A DNA stretch of 63,081 bases from a virus (lineage: Duplodnaviria; Caudoviricetes), in IMG/VR virus record IMGVR_UViG_3300024187_000008, positions 1-63,081 of that record; one strand, 5' to 3'. Within the stretch, counting starts at the first letter, position 1; the number at the start of each line of letters is the position of its first letter. The notes beneath the pieces were generated by a model, which saw only the letters and a program-made list of their open reading frames with translations, had not been told where the DNA came from and did no database searches. Made by a program: the position numbers and the translations under genes. Positions 45,626 to 55,546 of this stretch are shown here, piece after piece.

Positions 45626-46171
45626 ATGAAGAAGTTCCTCGCCGTCCTCGTCATGCTGCTCGTCACCACCGCCGCACACGCCGCCTCCCTGCAACTCGGC
45701 GCCCAGATCGACCCGATGACCGAACTCCGCAACCCGGTGTCCGGCTCGGCCGCTCTCGAAGTGGGTCACTCCCGCCTCGGCGCCACGCTCGGCCTCCGGT
45801 CCCGCCTCTCCATCTCCGGCGACCTTCTCGCCCGCAACCGCAGCGGACTCTACATCGGCGTCGGCATCGTGGCCGACCGTCTGACGAACGAGGACTTCAC
45901 CACCTCCGAGGGAAGCAGCGACTCGACCGTGACGCATCGGCCGCACGACAGCGGTCTGCACATCGGCGACACGCACGTCCGCAACGGCAAGACGGTCACC
46001 TCGCTTCGCTCATACAACCGCAGCCTCACCGTGTTCGGCCAGGAGTACGGCCTCTCGCCGTCCTTCTTCGTCGGCCTCCCGCTCCCCGGTGGTCTCTTCA
46101 TCGAGTCGCGCGTCCTGTACGACGGCGACGGCGACATGACCAACCGGTCGTCCATCGGCATCCGGTTCTAA
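45626..46171 (+). CDS. Putative outer-membrane beta-barrel protein
   Basis: Sec signal MKKFLAVLVMLLVTTAAHA; amphipathic strands; C-terminal GIRF beta-signal. Confidence 0.65.
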   Translation: MKKFLAVLVMLLVTTAAHAASLQLGAQIDPMTELRNPVSGSAALEVGHSRLGATLGLRSRLSISGDLLARNRSGLYIGVGIVADRLTNEDFTTSEGSSDSTVTHRPHDSGLHIGDTHVRNGKTVTSLRSYNRSLTVFGQEYGLSPSFFVGLPLPGGLFIESRVLYDGDGDMTNRSSIGIRF

Positions 46172-46180
46172 GGAGAACCC

Positions 46181-46911
46181 ATGAAGTTCAAGCGCATCGA
46201 GTTCGACTGTATCAGGCAGCAGGTCATCCCCGGCGTCTGGTGGTGGGGACGCAACATCCACCTCGTCTACTCGGCCGCCCTGCTCCTCGACAAGATGATG
46301 ATCGGAGAGGGCCAGACCTTCACCGTTCACATCCCTGACGTCTTGGAGGAGGCCACGATCCATCGCACGGACGTGGACAGCACGTTCGCCTTCTACTCGG
46401 ACGGCACCGACAAGGTCGGCCTCTGCGTGTGGGAGTTGGTCCGCATCTTCCACTGCCTACCCTCGGCGCTGGTGATCGAGAAGTGACCCACATCAAGACG
46501 CACGAGGAGTTGCTCAACGAGTTGTACGAAGCGATCGCGGCGGACGCCAAGGAACTCGGGGTCTACCCCGAGTACAAGGACCTGACCGACCTCTTCTACA
46601 ACATGAAGACCACCCTCGACCTGTACCACGACGTGACCGCCACACTGCGGGGCAACCCGCCGAAGGAGAACACCATGATCCACCGTGTGCAGGGCGAAGT
46701 CGTCCTCAGAGCCACGAACAACCACGACGACGACATCGCCACGATTCGCCCGGCCAAGTTCGCGCCGGTCGAGTTCAACATCGACACCTCCACCCCCGGC
46801 GGCGCCACGATCCGTCTCCGCTTCTATCTGTACCAGCCCTCTTCGATGCGCCGGCTCGCCGAACTCTTCACCGAAGCCGCCGACGAGGCCGAGATCAGAG
46901 ACGCCCGATGA
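46181..46911 (+). other. Two hypothetical genes (46181-46486, 46483-46911)
   Basis: AAGGAG RBS, coupled junction. Confidence 0.6.
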
Positions 46912-47804
46912 GCGATCCGAACCGCGCTGCCGAGAAGGCGGCCAAGCAGGCGGCCAAGAAGGCCGCGTACGAGGCGCAGATCGCCGCCCTCCCTCCGTTC
47001 GTGGAGTGGCCGAAGATCGCGCGCCTCAACCGTGACATCGTCATCACCGAGAAGATCGACGGCACCAACGCCGCGATCGGTATCGTCGAGGACACCACGT
47101 ACGACGACTCGATCCCGGGTACCCGGATCGCGAGCACGAGCTACCGCGTGTACGCCCAGTCGCGCACCCGCATCATCACGATCGGCAACGACAACTTCGG
47201 CTTCGCCCAGTGGGTCGAGACGCACCGCGAGGCGCTCATCAAGGCGCTCGGTCCCGGCCTCCACTTCGGCGAGTGGTGGGGCGTCGGCATCGGTCGCCAC
47301 TACAACCTGAGCGAACGTCGCTTCTCGCTCTTCAACACGGCACGCTGGAGCCGGCCCGAAGGACAGGCCGCACTGGAGGTCGCACGCTCCGAGGGAGCAG
47401 CCATCTACGTGGTCCCGACCTTGTACGTCGGCCCATGGACTGGCGTCTTCGGGTACAAGGATGGCGACACGGGCGAGTGGCTCACGGCCCCGCAGAACTG
47501 GGACGTGTTCGACGCCGAGGCTGCGAAGCACAAGGCCATGCGTGACGAAATCTACCGGCGCGTGCGCGAGGTCGGCGATCAGGTCGAGGGTGACGAGATC
47601 ATCGAGCAACTCGACGCCGCGCTCCGCTTCAACCCTCGGCCGCGCTTCGCTCCGAACTTCATCATGGAGTGGCTCAAGCGGGTCGGGTCCCAGGCAGCGC
47701 CGGGCTTCATGCAGCCGGAAGGTATCGTCGTGTTTCACCGCGTCTCGGGCACCATCCTGAAGGCGACGGCCGAGCATGACGAAGTGCACAAGGGGGAGGT
47801 CTAA
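46908..47804 (+). CDS. ATP-dependent RNA ligase (Rnl2-like nucleotidyltransferase domain)
   Basis: Motif I TEKIDGTN, QSR, DNFGF, motif III FGEW.G.GI, IIIa F.LFN, VP.LY.G, motif IV PEGIVV, terminal K. Confidence 0.88.
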   Translation: MSDPNRAAEKAAKQAAKKAAYEAQIAALPPFVEWPKIARLNRDIVITEKIDGTNAAIGIVEDTTYDDSIPGTRIASTSYRVYAQSRTRIITIGNDNFGFAQWVETHREALIKALGPGLHFGEWWGVGIGRHYNLSERRFSLFNTARWSRPEGQAALEVARSEGAAIYVVPTLYVGPWTGVFGYKDGDTGEWLTAPQNWDVFDAEAAKHKAMRDEIYRRVREVGDQVEGDEIIEQLDAALRFNPRPRFAPNFIMEWLKRVGSQAAPGFMQPEGIVVFHRVSGTILKATAEHDEVHKGEV

Positions 47805-48111
47805 CATGGTACTGTTCGCGATCGCAACTGGCATGTTCCTGCTCGGTCACCCGGTGGCCGCAGCGTGGTTCCTTATCATCGGCGGCATCATCACCGGGAT
47901 CGCCTTGGCCATCGTCGCGGCGGCGGCGAGGGACAACTGATCCTCCCACCCGATCCGAACATGCCCGGCTACGACGACGAGGGCGCGTGCCTTGATGAGG
48001 CGATGCGCGTCCTCCAGATTCTCAACGCCGCCGGCAAGCACACGCTACAGTCGATCGACCGGCACGTCGCTCTGACGTTCCGGTATGACGCCATCAAGGA
48101 GAAGAGGAAAC

Positions 48112-49133
48112 GTGAAGAAGCGTAAGAAGGCGAAGAAGACGACCGTGCGCGTGAGCGCCCGTAGCTTGGCACGCCTCGAACTGAGGGTGGCCTACTTGCA
48201 GGTGCGGCTGCGCGTAGCACGGCGTCGTGCCGATGCGGCCGAGGCGCGGTGGAACGAGAAGTGTCCGCAGGGCCACCTCGTGCGCCACGACAAGTGCGAG
48301 TTGGGGTTCAGCGAACAAAAGCTGACGGAGACGCCGCTCGCCCCGGGCCGCATCATCCCGGTCAACGGCCCACCGCCCACTGTCGAGCCCCTCGTGGGCT
48401 GGTGGTGGCGCGTGCCGTACGGCTGGTGGCTGGCGTTCAAGGCGTACTGGAGCGCACCGATGGTAGCGGCCAGAGCCGAACGTGCCGCGAAGGAGAAGCT
48501 GCTCGACGAGATCACGGCAGGAGGGTACAAGGGATGAGCTTCCCTACCACGCTCGGCCCCTGGTTCGTGGTCCAGCGTCTTCGCTACGATGACGTGGACA
48601 AGATCCTCGGGCAGGAGTTCTACCAGACCGACGAAGAGGGCGGTGCCATTTGGACCCCCCTCAAGTCCGAAGCCAGCCTCTTCATGTCCCTCGCCGCCGC
48701 CGCCCGTGTTGCGGGCGCCCTGGTGGGCGAGGTGCGCGCACTTACCACGAAGGAAGAAGCGAAGGAGTTCAACCGATGACCCGAGTCACGATCACCCTGC
48801 TGCTCGACGAGACGCAGAGCAACGTCCCGAACGACACCCCGAACTCCCGGTACAACCTCGCCGGGTTCCTCGACCAGATGGGTCTCATGTCCCTCAAGCA
48901 CGGCGAGAGCCTCGAAGACCTGAAGGTCGAGCGCATCAATGACACTACGCCGGCTGCTTGAGCAGATCGGTGGCGTGCCCCTCGACGCCAAGATCATGGT
49001 CAACGTAGGCGGAGGCGCGTGCCGCAGCGCGTACTGTAGCTGCGAGTGCGAGCCGTACACGGACACCATCCTCCCCGCTTCCGACGCCATCGTCTTCAAC
49101 CCGCAGAACCAGACCCTCACACTGGAGGTGTAG
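48112..49133 (+). other. Four small hypothetical genes (48112-48537, 48534-48779, 48776-48961, 48939-49133)
   Basis: Coupled junctions, GC3-rich frames. Confidence 0.55.
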
Positions 49134-49134
49134 C

Positions 49135-49422
49135 ATGTTGCAACCGAAGGGCGCCCGCGTGCTCGTGAAGCGCATCGAGCAGGCCAAGCCCGAGTCCGAA
49201 CTCATCATCATCCCCGACTCCGTCCAGCAGAAGTCGTCCGCCTTCGCGATGGTCTTCGCGATCGGGACGCTCAAGCAGGGTGGCATCGCCATCGGCGACA
49301 TCGTGGTCCTCATGGATTACGTCGGCGCCCCCGTCAACGTCACCCTTCCCGGCGACGAGTCGTGGACCGAGTGCCTCATCGTGAACGAGGACGAGGTGCT
49401 CGCCGTGGTGGAGGGCGCGTGA
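49135..49422 (+). CDS. groES: GroES-like co-chaperonin
   Basis: LQP.G.RVLVKR, mobile loop IIIPDS..K, V.AIG, GD.V, I.NE.EVLAVVE. Confidence 0.9.
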   Translation: MLQPKGARVLVKRIEQAKPESELIIIPDSVQQKSSAFAMVFAIGTLKQGGIAIGDIVVLMDYVGAPVNVTLPGDESWTECLIVNEDEVLAVVEGA

Positions 49423-49700
49423 ACATCACGATCCAGGACGGCATCGAGTACTGGGTGAACGACCGGGGCGTCATCCTCATCAGCAAGAACGCCAGCCTCC
49501 TCAAGGACGAGGTCCTCGGCAAGCTGCTCAAGACGGCGTTCGACCTGTATCCCACGATCGACGTGGCCGAGGTGGACGCCACCACCCTCGGCACACGGGG
49601 TGGCCTCAAGGTGACCTTCTCGGTCTACCTGGACACCGGTGCGATCGCTGCACTCCCGTCCATCTACGACGAGAAGCCGACCAAGCGAGGGAAGAAATGA
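49419..49700 (+). CDS. Hypothetical protein
   Basis: Coupled to groES. Confidence 0.6.
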   Translation: MNITIQDGIEYWVNDRGVILISKNASLLKDEVLGKLLKTAFDLYPTIDVAEVDATTLGTRGGLKVTFSVYLDTGAIAALPSIYDEKPTKRGKK

Positions 49701-50188
49701 AGACCGCGATCACGATCGGCACCTTCGACCTGCTGCACGTCGGGCATCTGAATCTGTTCCGCGCCTGCCGTCTGGTCGCCGATCAGGTGGTGGTGGGCGT
49801 CAACAGCGACGAGTTCGTCGAGAAGTTCAAGGGGCAGCGGCCTGTCATGGATGCGCTTGACCGCGAGTCGCTCGTGCGCGAACTGCGTACGGTCACGTCC
49901 GTCCATCTGCATGATGGCAACACGAGGGACTGGCTGATCCGTCGCAAGAAGTACCTCGACGGGCCGGTCATGCTCGTGGTCGGTTCCGACTGGGCGAAGA
50001 AGGACTACTATGCGCAGATCGGGGTGACGCGCGACGAACTCGCCGAGATGGGGATCACGATGATCTACGTGGACTACACGCCCGGCGTGAGCAGCACCAA
50101 CCTGCGGTTCGAGCGTCAGGCTCGCCTGATGAAGCGCATGTGGGACTGGATGATGAAGGCCGCCCACATCAGCGAGGAGGCACGGTGA
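49697..50188 (+). CDS. Cytidylyltransferase (TagD/RfaE-like, HxGH)
   Basis: GTFDLLHVGH, VGVNSD, KG, VGSDW, YTPGVSST. Confidence 0.92.
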   Translation: MKTAITIGTFDLLHVGHLNLFRACRLVADQVVVGVNSDEFVEKFKGQRPVMDALDRESLVRELRTVTSVHLHDGNTRDWLIRRKKYLDGPVMLVVGSDWAKKDYYAQIGVTRDELAEMGITMIYVDYTPGVSSTNLRFERQARLMKRMWDWMMKAAHISEEAR

Positions 50189-50904
50189 TAGTGACCAACG
50201 GCAAGCTCGCGATCCTGGTCCCGTCGAGGGGGCGCCCGCAGACGTTCCTCCGATTCTTGGAGTCGTTCTACAAGTGTATGACTCCCGGGTTCTCGGACGT
50301 GATCTTGCGGAACGGTCTCTCTGATCCGCTCCTCGCCGGCTACGAGGTGTTCGAGTCGCTCCCCAACGTGCACCGTGTGGTCGGCACCGACGAGGGCTTC
50401 AACTCGACCTGGGCCGGCACGGCCGGCTACTGCCCGGCACAGCAGGACCTCTACACCCGCTTTCCCGGCTACTCGGCGTACCTCTGCATCGAGGACGACA
50501 CGGTCCTCGCCTCGGTCGGCTTCGACCGCTGGCTGCTCGACGCCTTCGACGACTTCGAGGGGCGCAAGGGGATGGTGGAGCTACACGACCGGGCGCAGAC
50601 GATCCACGTCCAGTGCTTTAGCGCCGAGTGGTGCAAGGCACTGGGCTACCTGTGCAAGCCCGAGATCGGCGAGATCGCGTTCCTCTTCGCGCGCTACCTC
50701 GCCGGCAACAACCGTTTCAAGTCGGGCAAGGGCCACGCCGAGTACACCCACATCCCGCTCCTCCGCGCGACGGACACGGAGCGGCCGGGTGCCCTCATGC
50801 AGCCGAAGGTGACGAGCGAGTTCTACCGACAACTCGACGACTACAACAAGAACTGGCTGCCCGAGCACGGGCCGGCCGAGCGCATGAAGTTGGAGGTCAG
50901 GTGA
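50185..50904 (+). CDS. GT-A fold glycosyltransferase (GT2-like)
   Basis: AILVPSRGRP; DxD-like CIEDD. Confidence 0.7.
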   Translation: MIVTNGKLAILVPSRGRPQTFLRFLESFYKCMTPGFSDVILRNGLSDPLLAGYEVFESLPNVHRVVGTDEGFNSTWAGTAGYCPAQQDLYTRFPGYSAYLCIEDDTVLASVGFDRWLLDAFDDFEGRKGMVELHDRAQTIHVQCFSAEWCKALGYLCKPEIGEIAFLFARYLAGNNRFKSGKGHAEYTHIPLLRATDTERPGALMQPKVTSEFYRQLDDYNKNWLPEHGPAERMKLEVR

Positions 50905-51482
50905 AGATTCTACTCTATGGCAGCGCGTACCTGACCGAGTTGGTCGAGGCGCGTCTGCACGGTGAGGGGCACACGATCGTGGGACACATCCCTTGCCACA
51001 ACCCACGGTTCCCCGGCCAGATGCAGTCGCCCGTCGTCAACGAGGACACGCCCCACGACATCCGGCTCTCGGTCCTGTACGACCGGCTCATCAAGAAGAT
51101 CGACAACGGGTACAACATCCACCCGGGGCTGCTCCCTCGGTGGGCTGGCTGCGACATCCTGTACCACCTCGTGGCCGAGAACTCCAAGTACCAGGGCATC
51201 ACGTTCCACAAGCTGTCGGACAAGTTCGACCAGGGTGAGATTGTTCGCACCACGACGTGGACCATCCCGCGCGTGTCGATCGTCGGCCTCTTCGGCCAAC
51301 TCTGCTGGCGGCTCCCCGAGTTCGCGGCGGACTGTATCAACGAGATGGCGATGGGCGAGATGGAGCCCGTCTACTACCACCGTGGTCTGATCGACCGCAA
51401 GGAACTCTTCGAGAAGGGTGGCCGCGACATCGCCTCCTACATCGAGGCCGACCGTGCTGCCCGGAAAGGATACGCCTCGTGA
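50901..51482 (+). CDS. N10-formyl-THF-dependent formyltransferase (sugar N-formyltransferase-like)
   Basis: YNIHPGLLP.W.G, GITFH......FDQGEI. Confidence 0.85.
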   Translation: MKILLYGSAYLTELVEARLHGEGHTIVGHIPCHNPRFPGQMQSPVVNEDTPHDIRLSVLYDRLIKKIDNGYNIHPGLLPRWAGCDILYHLVAENSKYQGITFHKLSDKFDQGEIVRTTTWTIPRVSIVGLFGQLCWRLPEFAADCINEMAMGEMEPVYYHRGLIDRKELFEKGGRDIASYIEADRAARKGYAS

Positions 51483-52582
51483 ACTTCAACCTCGACCCGT
51501 GTGAGGACTCGCTGCCCGAGATACAGGAGGCGATCCAGCACGTCATCCGCAACCGCCAGTTCATCCTCGGCCCCCACGTCAGCAGGTTCGAGCGCGACTG
51601 GGCCGAGTACAACCAGATGCCCTACTGCATCGGGGTTGGTAACGGGACCGACGCGATTCGCATAGCGTTGCTCGCGCTCGGCGTAAAGCCCGGCGACGAA
51701 GTCATCTCGCCCGCGCACAACGTCGCGTATACGGCGCTCGCCGTCGCCTCGATCGGGGCCAAGAACGTCTACGTGGACGTGGACCCGAACACGATGCTGA
51801 TGGACCTCGACGATACGGCGCGGGCCATCACCGACCGCACCCGCGTCATCCTGCCCGTGCACCTCTACGGCCAGATGGTGGACATGGAGCGGTTCGCCCA
51901 ACTCGCGCGCGGCACCGGCGTACTCCTCGTGGAGGACGCGGCCCAGGCGCACGGCTCCACCTTCAAAGGCTGCGGCCCGGGCTGGTGGTCCGACGCGGCC
52001 TGCTTCTCCCACTACCCGACCAAGAACCTCGGGGCCTGGGGCGAGGCCGGCAGCATCGTCACCCGCAGCCCGATCGTGAACGAGCGCGCCCGCCTGCTAC
52101 GTGATGGTGGACGCACCGACCGCTACGTGCACACGCTCCCGGGGATCAACTCGTGCCTCGACGAGATGCAGGCGGCGATCCTCACGGTCAAGCTGCCGTG
52201 GTTGGCGAAGATGAACGCGCAGCGCCGGAGCCTCGCACTCCGCTACCGTGAGGCACTCGCGTACTGCCCGATCCAGTTCCAGCACACCGGGGCCTACGAC
52301 TACGAGGTGGACCACCTGTTCGTGGTTCGCCTGTACAGCCCACACGCGAGGGAGCCCCTCATGGAGAACCTGTCATACAAGGGTATCCCGTCGCTGATCC
52401 ACTACCCGCTCATTCTCCCGCACCAGCCGTTTGCAGTAGCGGACGCGCTCGGACAGGGGCCGTGGCCTATCTCTGAGCGCATCGCAAACTCCTGCCTGTC
52501 GCTCCCGCTCTACCCGGGGATGCCAACTGAGGAGCAGGACGCGGTGATCGCGGCCGTGAAGGAGTTCTTCGGTGTCACCTAA
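51479..52582 (+). CDS. DegT/DnrJ/EryC1/StrS PLP-dependent sugar aminotransferase
   Basis: GVGNGTDA, PVHLYGQ, EDAAQAHG, S.YPTKNLG..GEAG, GINS.LDE.QAA, LSLPLYP. Confidence 0.95.
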   Translation: MNFNLDPCEDSLPEIQEAIQHVIRNRQFILGPHVSRFERDWAEYNQMPYCIGVGNGTDAIRIALLALGVKPGDEVISPAHNVAYTALAVASIGAKNVYVDVDPNTMLMDLDDTARAITDRTRVILPVHLYGQMVDMERFAQLARGTGVLLVEDAAQAHGSTFKGCGPGWWSDAACFSHYPTKNLGAWGEAGSIVTRSPIVNERARLLRDGGRTDRYVHTLPGINSCLDEMQAAILTVKLPWLAKMNAQRRSLALRYREALAYCPIQFQHTGAYDYEVDHLFVVRLYSPHAREPLMENLSYKGIPSLIHYPLILPHQPFAVADALGQGPWPISERIANSCLSLPLYPGMPTEEQDAVIAAVKEFFGVT

Positions 52583-53156
52583 GATCACGATCATAGTGCC
52601 GACGTTCGGTCGGTCTACCCTCGCTCGTGTCATCGGGGAGATCAAGCCCCAGATGCAGGAGGGGGACCAGATGATCGTGGCCTGGGACGGCGTGCCCCCA
52701 CCGTACACACGCGCGAGCGTGGAGAGGACCGGCGTCGAGTTGGTCACGCTCCCCGAACGGGTCGGCGACTACGGCTGCACCCCGAACGACGAGGCGACCA
52801 AGCACGCGACCGGCGACTACATCTGGTACATCGGCGACGATGACCGGTATCCGCCGACCTCGCTCGACCTGATCCGGCTGCTCGTGCAGGAGGACCCGGA
52901 GGCGGTGCACGTCTTCTCGATGCTGCATACGGGGCGCGTGCTCGGCCAGCGGGTCGAGGCGTGTGCGGTCAGCAGTCAGCAGATCGTGGTACCACGTCGG
53001 GACGACATGCCGAAGTGGAAGGACTTCCCGCCGGGGCAGGAGCTACTCTCCGACTGGCACTGGATCGACCGCTGCGTCAAGCACGTCGGCCGGTACCGGA
53101 CGCACGACGACATCATCTGCATCCTCGACCACCAGAACTTCGGGAAGTTCGTATGA
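52572..53156 (+). CDS. GT2-family glycosyltransferase
   Basis: ITIIVPT.GR, A.GDYIWYIGDDD. Confidence 0.85.
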   Translation: MSPKITIIVPTFGRSTLARVIGEIKPQMQEGDQMIVAWDGVPPPYTRASVERTGVELVTLPERVGDYGCTPNDEATKHATGDYIWYIGDDDRYPPTSLDLIRLLVQEDPEAVHVFSMLHTGRVLGQRVEACAVSSQQIVVPRRDDMPKWKDFPPGQELLSDWHWIDRCVKHVGRYRTHDDIICILDHQNFGKFV

Positions 53157-54163
53157 GCAAGAGCCTCGGCATCTTCATCGCAACGCCCGGACGCGCCTCC
53201 CTTTGGAAGACGCTCTACTCGATCTACTACCAGAAGGCACACGTCGAGGACGTGCTCGTGGTCGGGGACGGCTACCACAAGCCGACCGCCGAGCTTGTCG
53301 AGTTCGCGGCCCACGCACTCACGCTCCCGGTGCGCTACGTGGCGACGACCAAGACGCGCGACTACGGGCACACGCAGCAGAACTACGCGCTCCAGCATGT
53401 GCGTGGCGACTACCTGATCTACCAGGACGACGACGACATCTTCCTGCCCCGCGCCCTGACGGAGGCGGCCCGTCTCGTGAACGAGTTCGACAAGCCCAAG
53501 CCCCTCATCGGGCGGGTGAAGTCGCCTCGTCATGGGCTCCTCTGGCAGCGGCCGGGGCCGGTCAACGCGATCCTCGACGGCCACTGCATCGTGGTCCCGA
53601 ACGACAAGCGGAAGCTCGGCTGGTTCAACAGCGACTACAACGGCGACCAGTGCTACATCCACACCTGCCTCCGCAACTACAAGGAGCATGCATGGACCGA
53701 CCGCATCTGGACGCTCACGCGCCCGACGTGGAAGCTCCGGCCGTCGTGGTCCACCGAAGGCGCCACCACCTGGGCCTGCGACCTGTGGCGTGAGGGCATG
53801 ATCGCGGCGACCGTGCTGCTGGAGAAGGACGAGACGTTCGACCTGTACCATGCGACCATCAACGCCATCGCCGACATGACGCCGGCTGAGGCACAGGAGA
53901 CGATCGAGTTCGCGATGTATGCCGCGCAGGGCAACGACGTGTGGCTGAAGACGAACAACGAACTGCTGATGCTGGCCGCGCGCGTCTGCAACTTCAAGGA
54001 CCACATCACCACGAAGGACTACACCGAGATGACCCACGCATGGCCGCCCGACTTCTGGCCGACCGTGCCCGAGTTCAACCAACTCATCGACCCGTCCAAT
54101 GGGACTCCGCTCCCCGACTGGCGTGACGACATCTGGGGCGGGAAGGCGGTGGACGATGAGTAG
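53153..54163 (+). CDS. GT2-family glycosyltransferase with extra C-terminal domain
   Basis: IFIATPGR, VLVVGDG, N.AL....GDYLIYQDDDD. Confidence 0.85.
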   Translation: MSKSLGIFIATPGRASLWKTLYSIYYQKAHVEDVLVVGDGYHKPTAELVEFAAHALTLPVRYVATTKTRDYGHTQQNYALQHVRGDYLIYQDDDDIFLPRALTEAARLVNEFDKPKPLIGRVKSPRHGLLWQRPGPVNAILDGHCIVVPNDKRKLGWFNSDYNGDQCYIHTCLRNYKEHAWTDRIWTLTRPTWKLRPSWSTEGATTWACDLWREGMIAATVLLEKDETFDLYHATINAIADMTPAEAQETIEFAMYAAQGNDVWLKTNNELLMLAARVCNFKDHITTKDYTEMTHAWPPDFWPTVPEFNQLIDPSNGTPLPDWRDDIWGGKAVDDE

Positions 54164-54437
54164 CTTCCGCAAGCAACTCGAAGCGATGGGCAGCGCGCTA
54201 CTGCTCATCGAGAAGCTCCCGGCCGATGCGGTCTGGGCGCTCGAACTGACCAACGACGACGACGCCGAGAACCCCTCGGTGCTGAACGTCTTCGCCGGAC
54301 GTGACGCATGGATGAAGATGCAAGTGTCGCTGCGCCTCGGTACCCCCGTGGACAGTGACCACAAGACCTTCCTGTCGTGGCGACAGGGAACGCTTCTAAT
54401 CAGTTTCATCGAACCACAGGAGAGCAACGATGAGTGA
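54156..54437 (+). CDS. Hypothetical protein
   Basis: Coupled junctions. Confidence 0.55.
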   Translation: MSSFRKQLEAMGSALLLIEKLPADAVWALELTNDDDAENPSVLNVFAGRDAWMKMQVSLRLGTPVDSDHKTFLSWRQGTLLISFIEPQESNDE

Positions 54438-55536
54438 GAACGAGAACGTGACGCCCGAGCAGCCGTTGGAGCAGACCGAGTTGGACCTGTCCCCGGACGA
54501 GGGCGATGCCCGCGCCGAGGCGATCGCCGAAGGTCTGCCCGGCGAGAACGACGCCCCCGCCGAGGAGGCGGTCGCTGTCGATGAGACGCTGCCCGCACCG
54601 CTGCGCGAGGTGGACCCGTCGATCCTGGCCGGCCTGCGCGACAAGCTGAAGAACTTCGTCGAGCGCCAGGGCAAGACCGTGTCGGGTTCCGAAGACCCGG
54701 ACTCGGCGCCCACCAGCGAGGGAGCACCGGCCACCGACGAGGAAGGCCGTCCGCTCGGCAAGGCGATGGAGGGCAAGGACGTGGACTGGGACGAGTACGA
54801 CCTGGACTTCAGCGTCCGTCACCTGTACCAGCGCGCCACCTTCCGTCAGACGGCGCAGGGTCCGAAGTGGGTCGCGGTCCTCGACGAGTTCTACTCGACC
54901 GAGCGCGACCTCCGCAACCACGGCAAGAAGGTGAACGTGCCGGGGACCACGGTCGGCGAGCAGGAGCACGTCAACCTGGGCGAGTACCTGACCGACATGG
55001 TCAACGGCCATGAGGGCTGGTCGATCGCGTCGGTGATGCCGGGCTCGATGGGCAAGGCGGGCGTCCTGCTGCGCAAGCAGTCGGCCGTCATGCTCCCGGA
55101 CCCGCAGCCGCTCCGTCGCACCGAAGAGGTCGAGGCGCCGAAGCCGGCCGACCTGAAGCAGGTCGAGGACGCGGCTCTCGCGTTCGCTGCCGAAGAGGGC
55201 TTGACACCGCCCGCCATCGAGGAGGATACTCAGTCTGGGGAGGCAGCCGTCGAAGCGCAGCAGCAGGGTGAGGACCTGAGCGGTCGCTTCCTGTCGATGA
55301 ACGAGGCGATCGAGCGGGGTGCTTCACTGCCCCAGACGAGCGCCCTCGTGTCGGCCGCGCTCGCGCGTGCACAGGGCGAGACGGTGGATGCGCCGGCCGG
55401 CGAACAGCCGGAGGCGATCGAGACGGGTCGCGTGACGCCGCTCACCCCGAAGGGCAAGCTCGCCCCTGGGCTCGCCAACATCATCGCGGGTCTGCCCGAG
55501 GTCATGAAGCAGGGCGACTTCGGCGACGTGAAGTAA
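54430..55536 (+). CDS. Acidic hypothetical protein (368 aa)
   Basis: GGAG RBS; acidic, low-complexity termini around a globular core. Confidence 0.7.
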   Translation: MSENENVTPEQPLEQTELDLSPDEGDARAEAIAEGLPGENDAPAEEAVAVDETLPAPLREVDPSILAGLRDKLKNFVERQGKTVSGSEDPDSAPTSEGAPATDEEGRPLGKAMEGKDVDWDEYDLDFSVRHLYQRATFRQTAQGPKWVAVLDEFYSTERDLRNHGKKVNVPGTTVGEQEHVNLGEYLTDMVNGHEGWSIASVMPGSMGKAGVLLRKQSAVMLPDPQPLRRTEEVEAPKPADLKQVEDAALAFAAEEGLTPPAIEEDTQSGEAAVEAQQQGEDLSGRFLSMNEAIERGASLPQTSALVSAALARAQGETVDAPAGEQPEAIETGRVTPLTPKGKLAPGLANIIAGLPEVMKQGDFGDVK

Positions 55537-55546
55537 GGGAGGTCCA

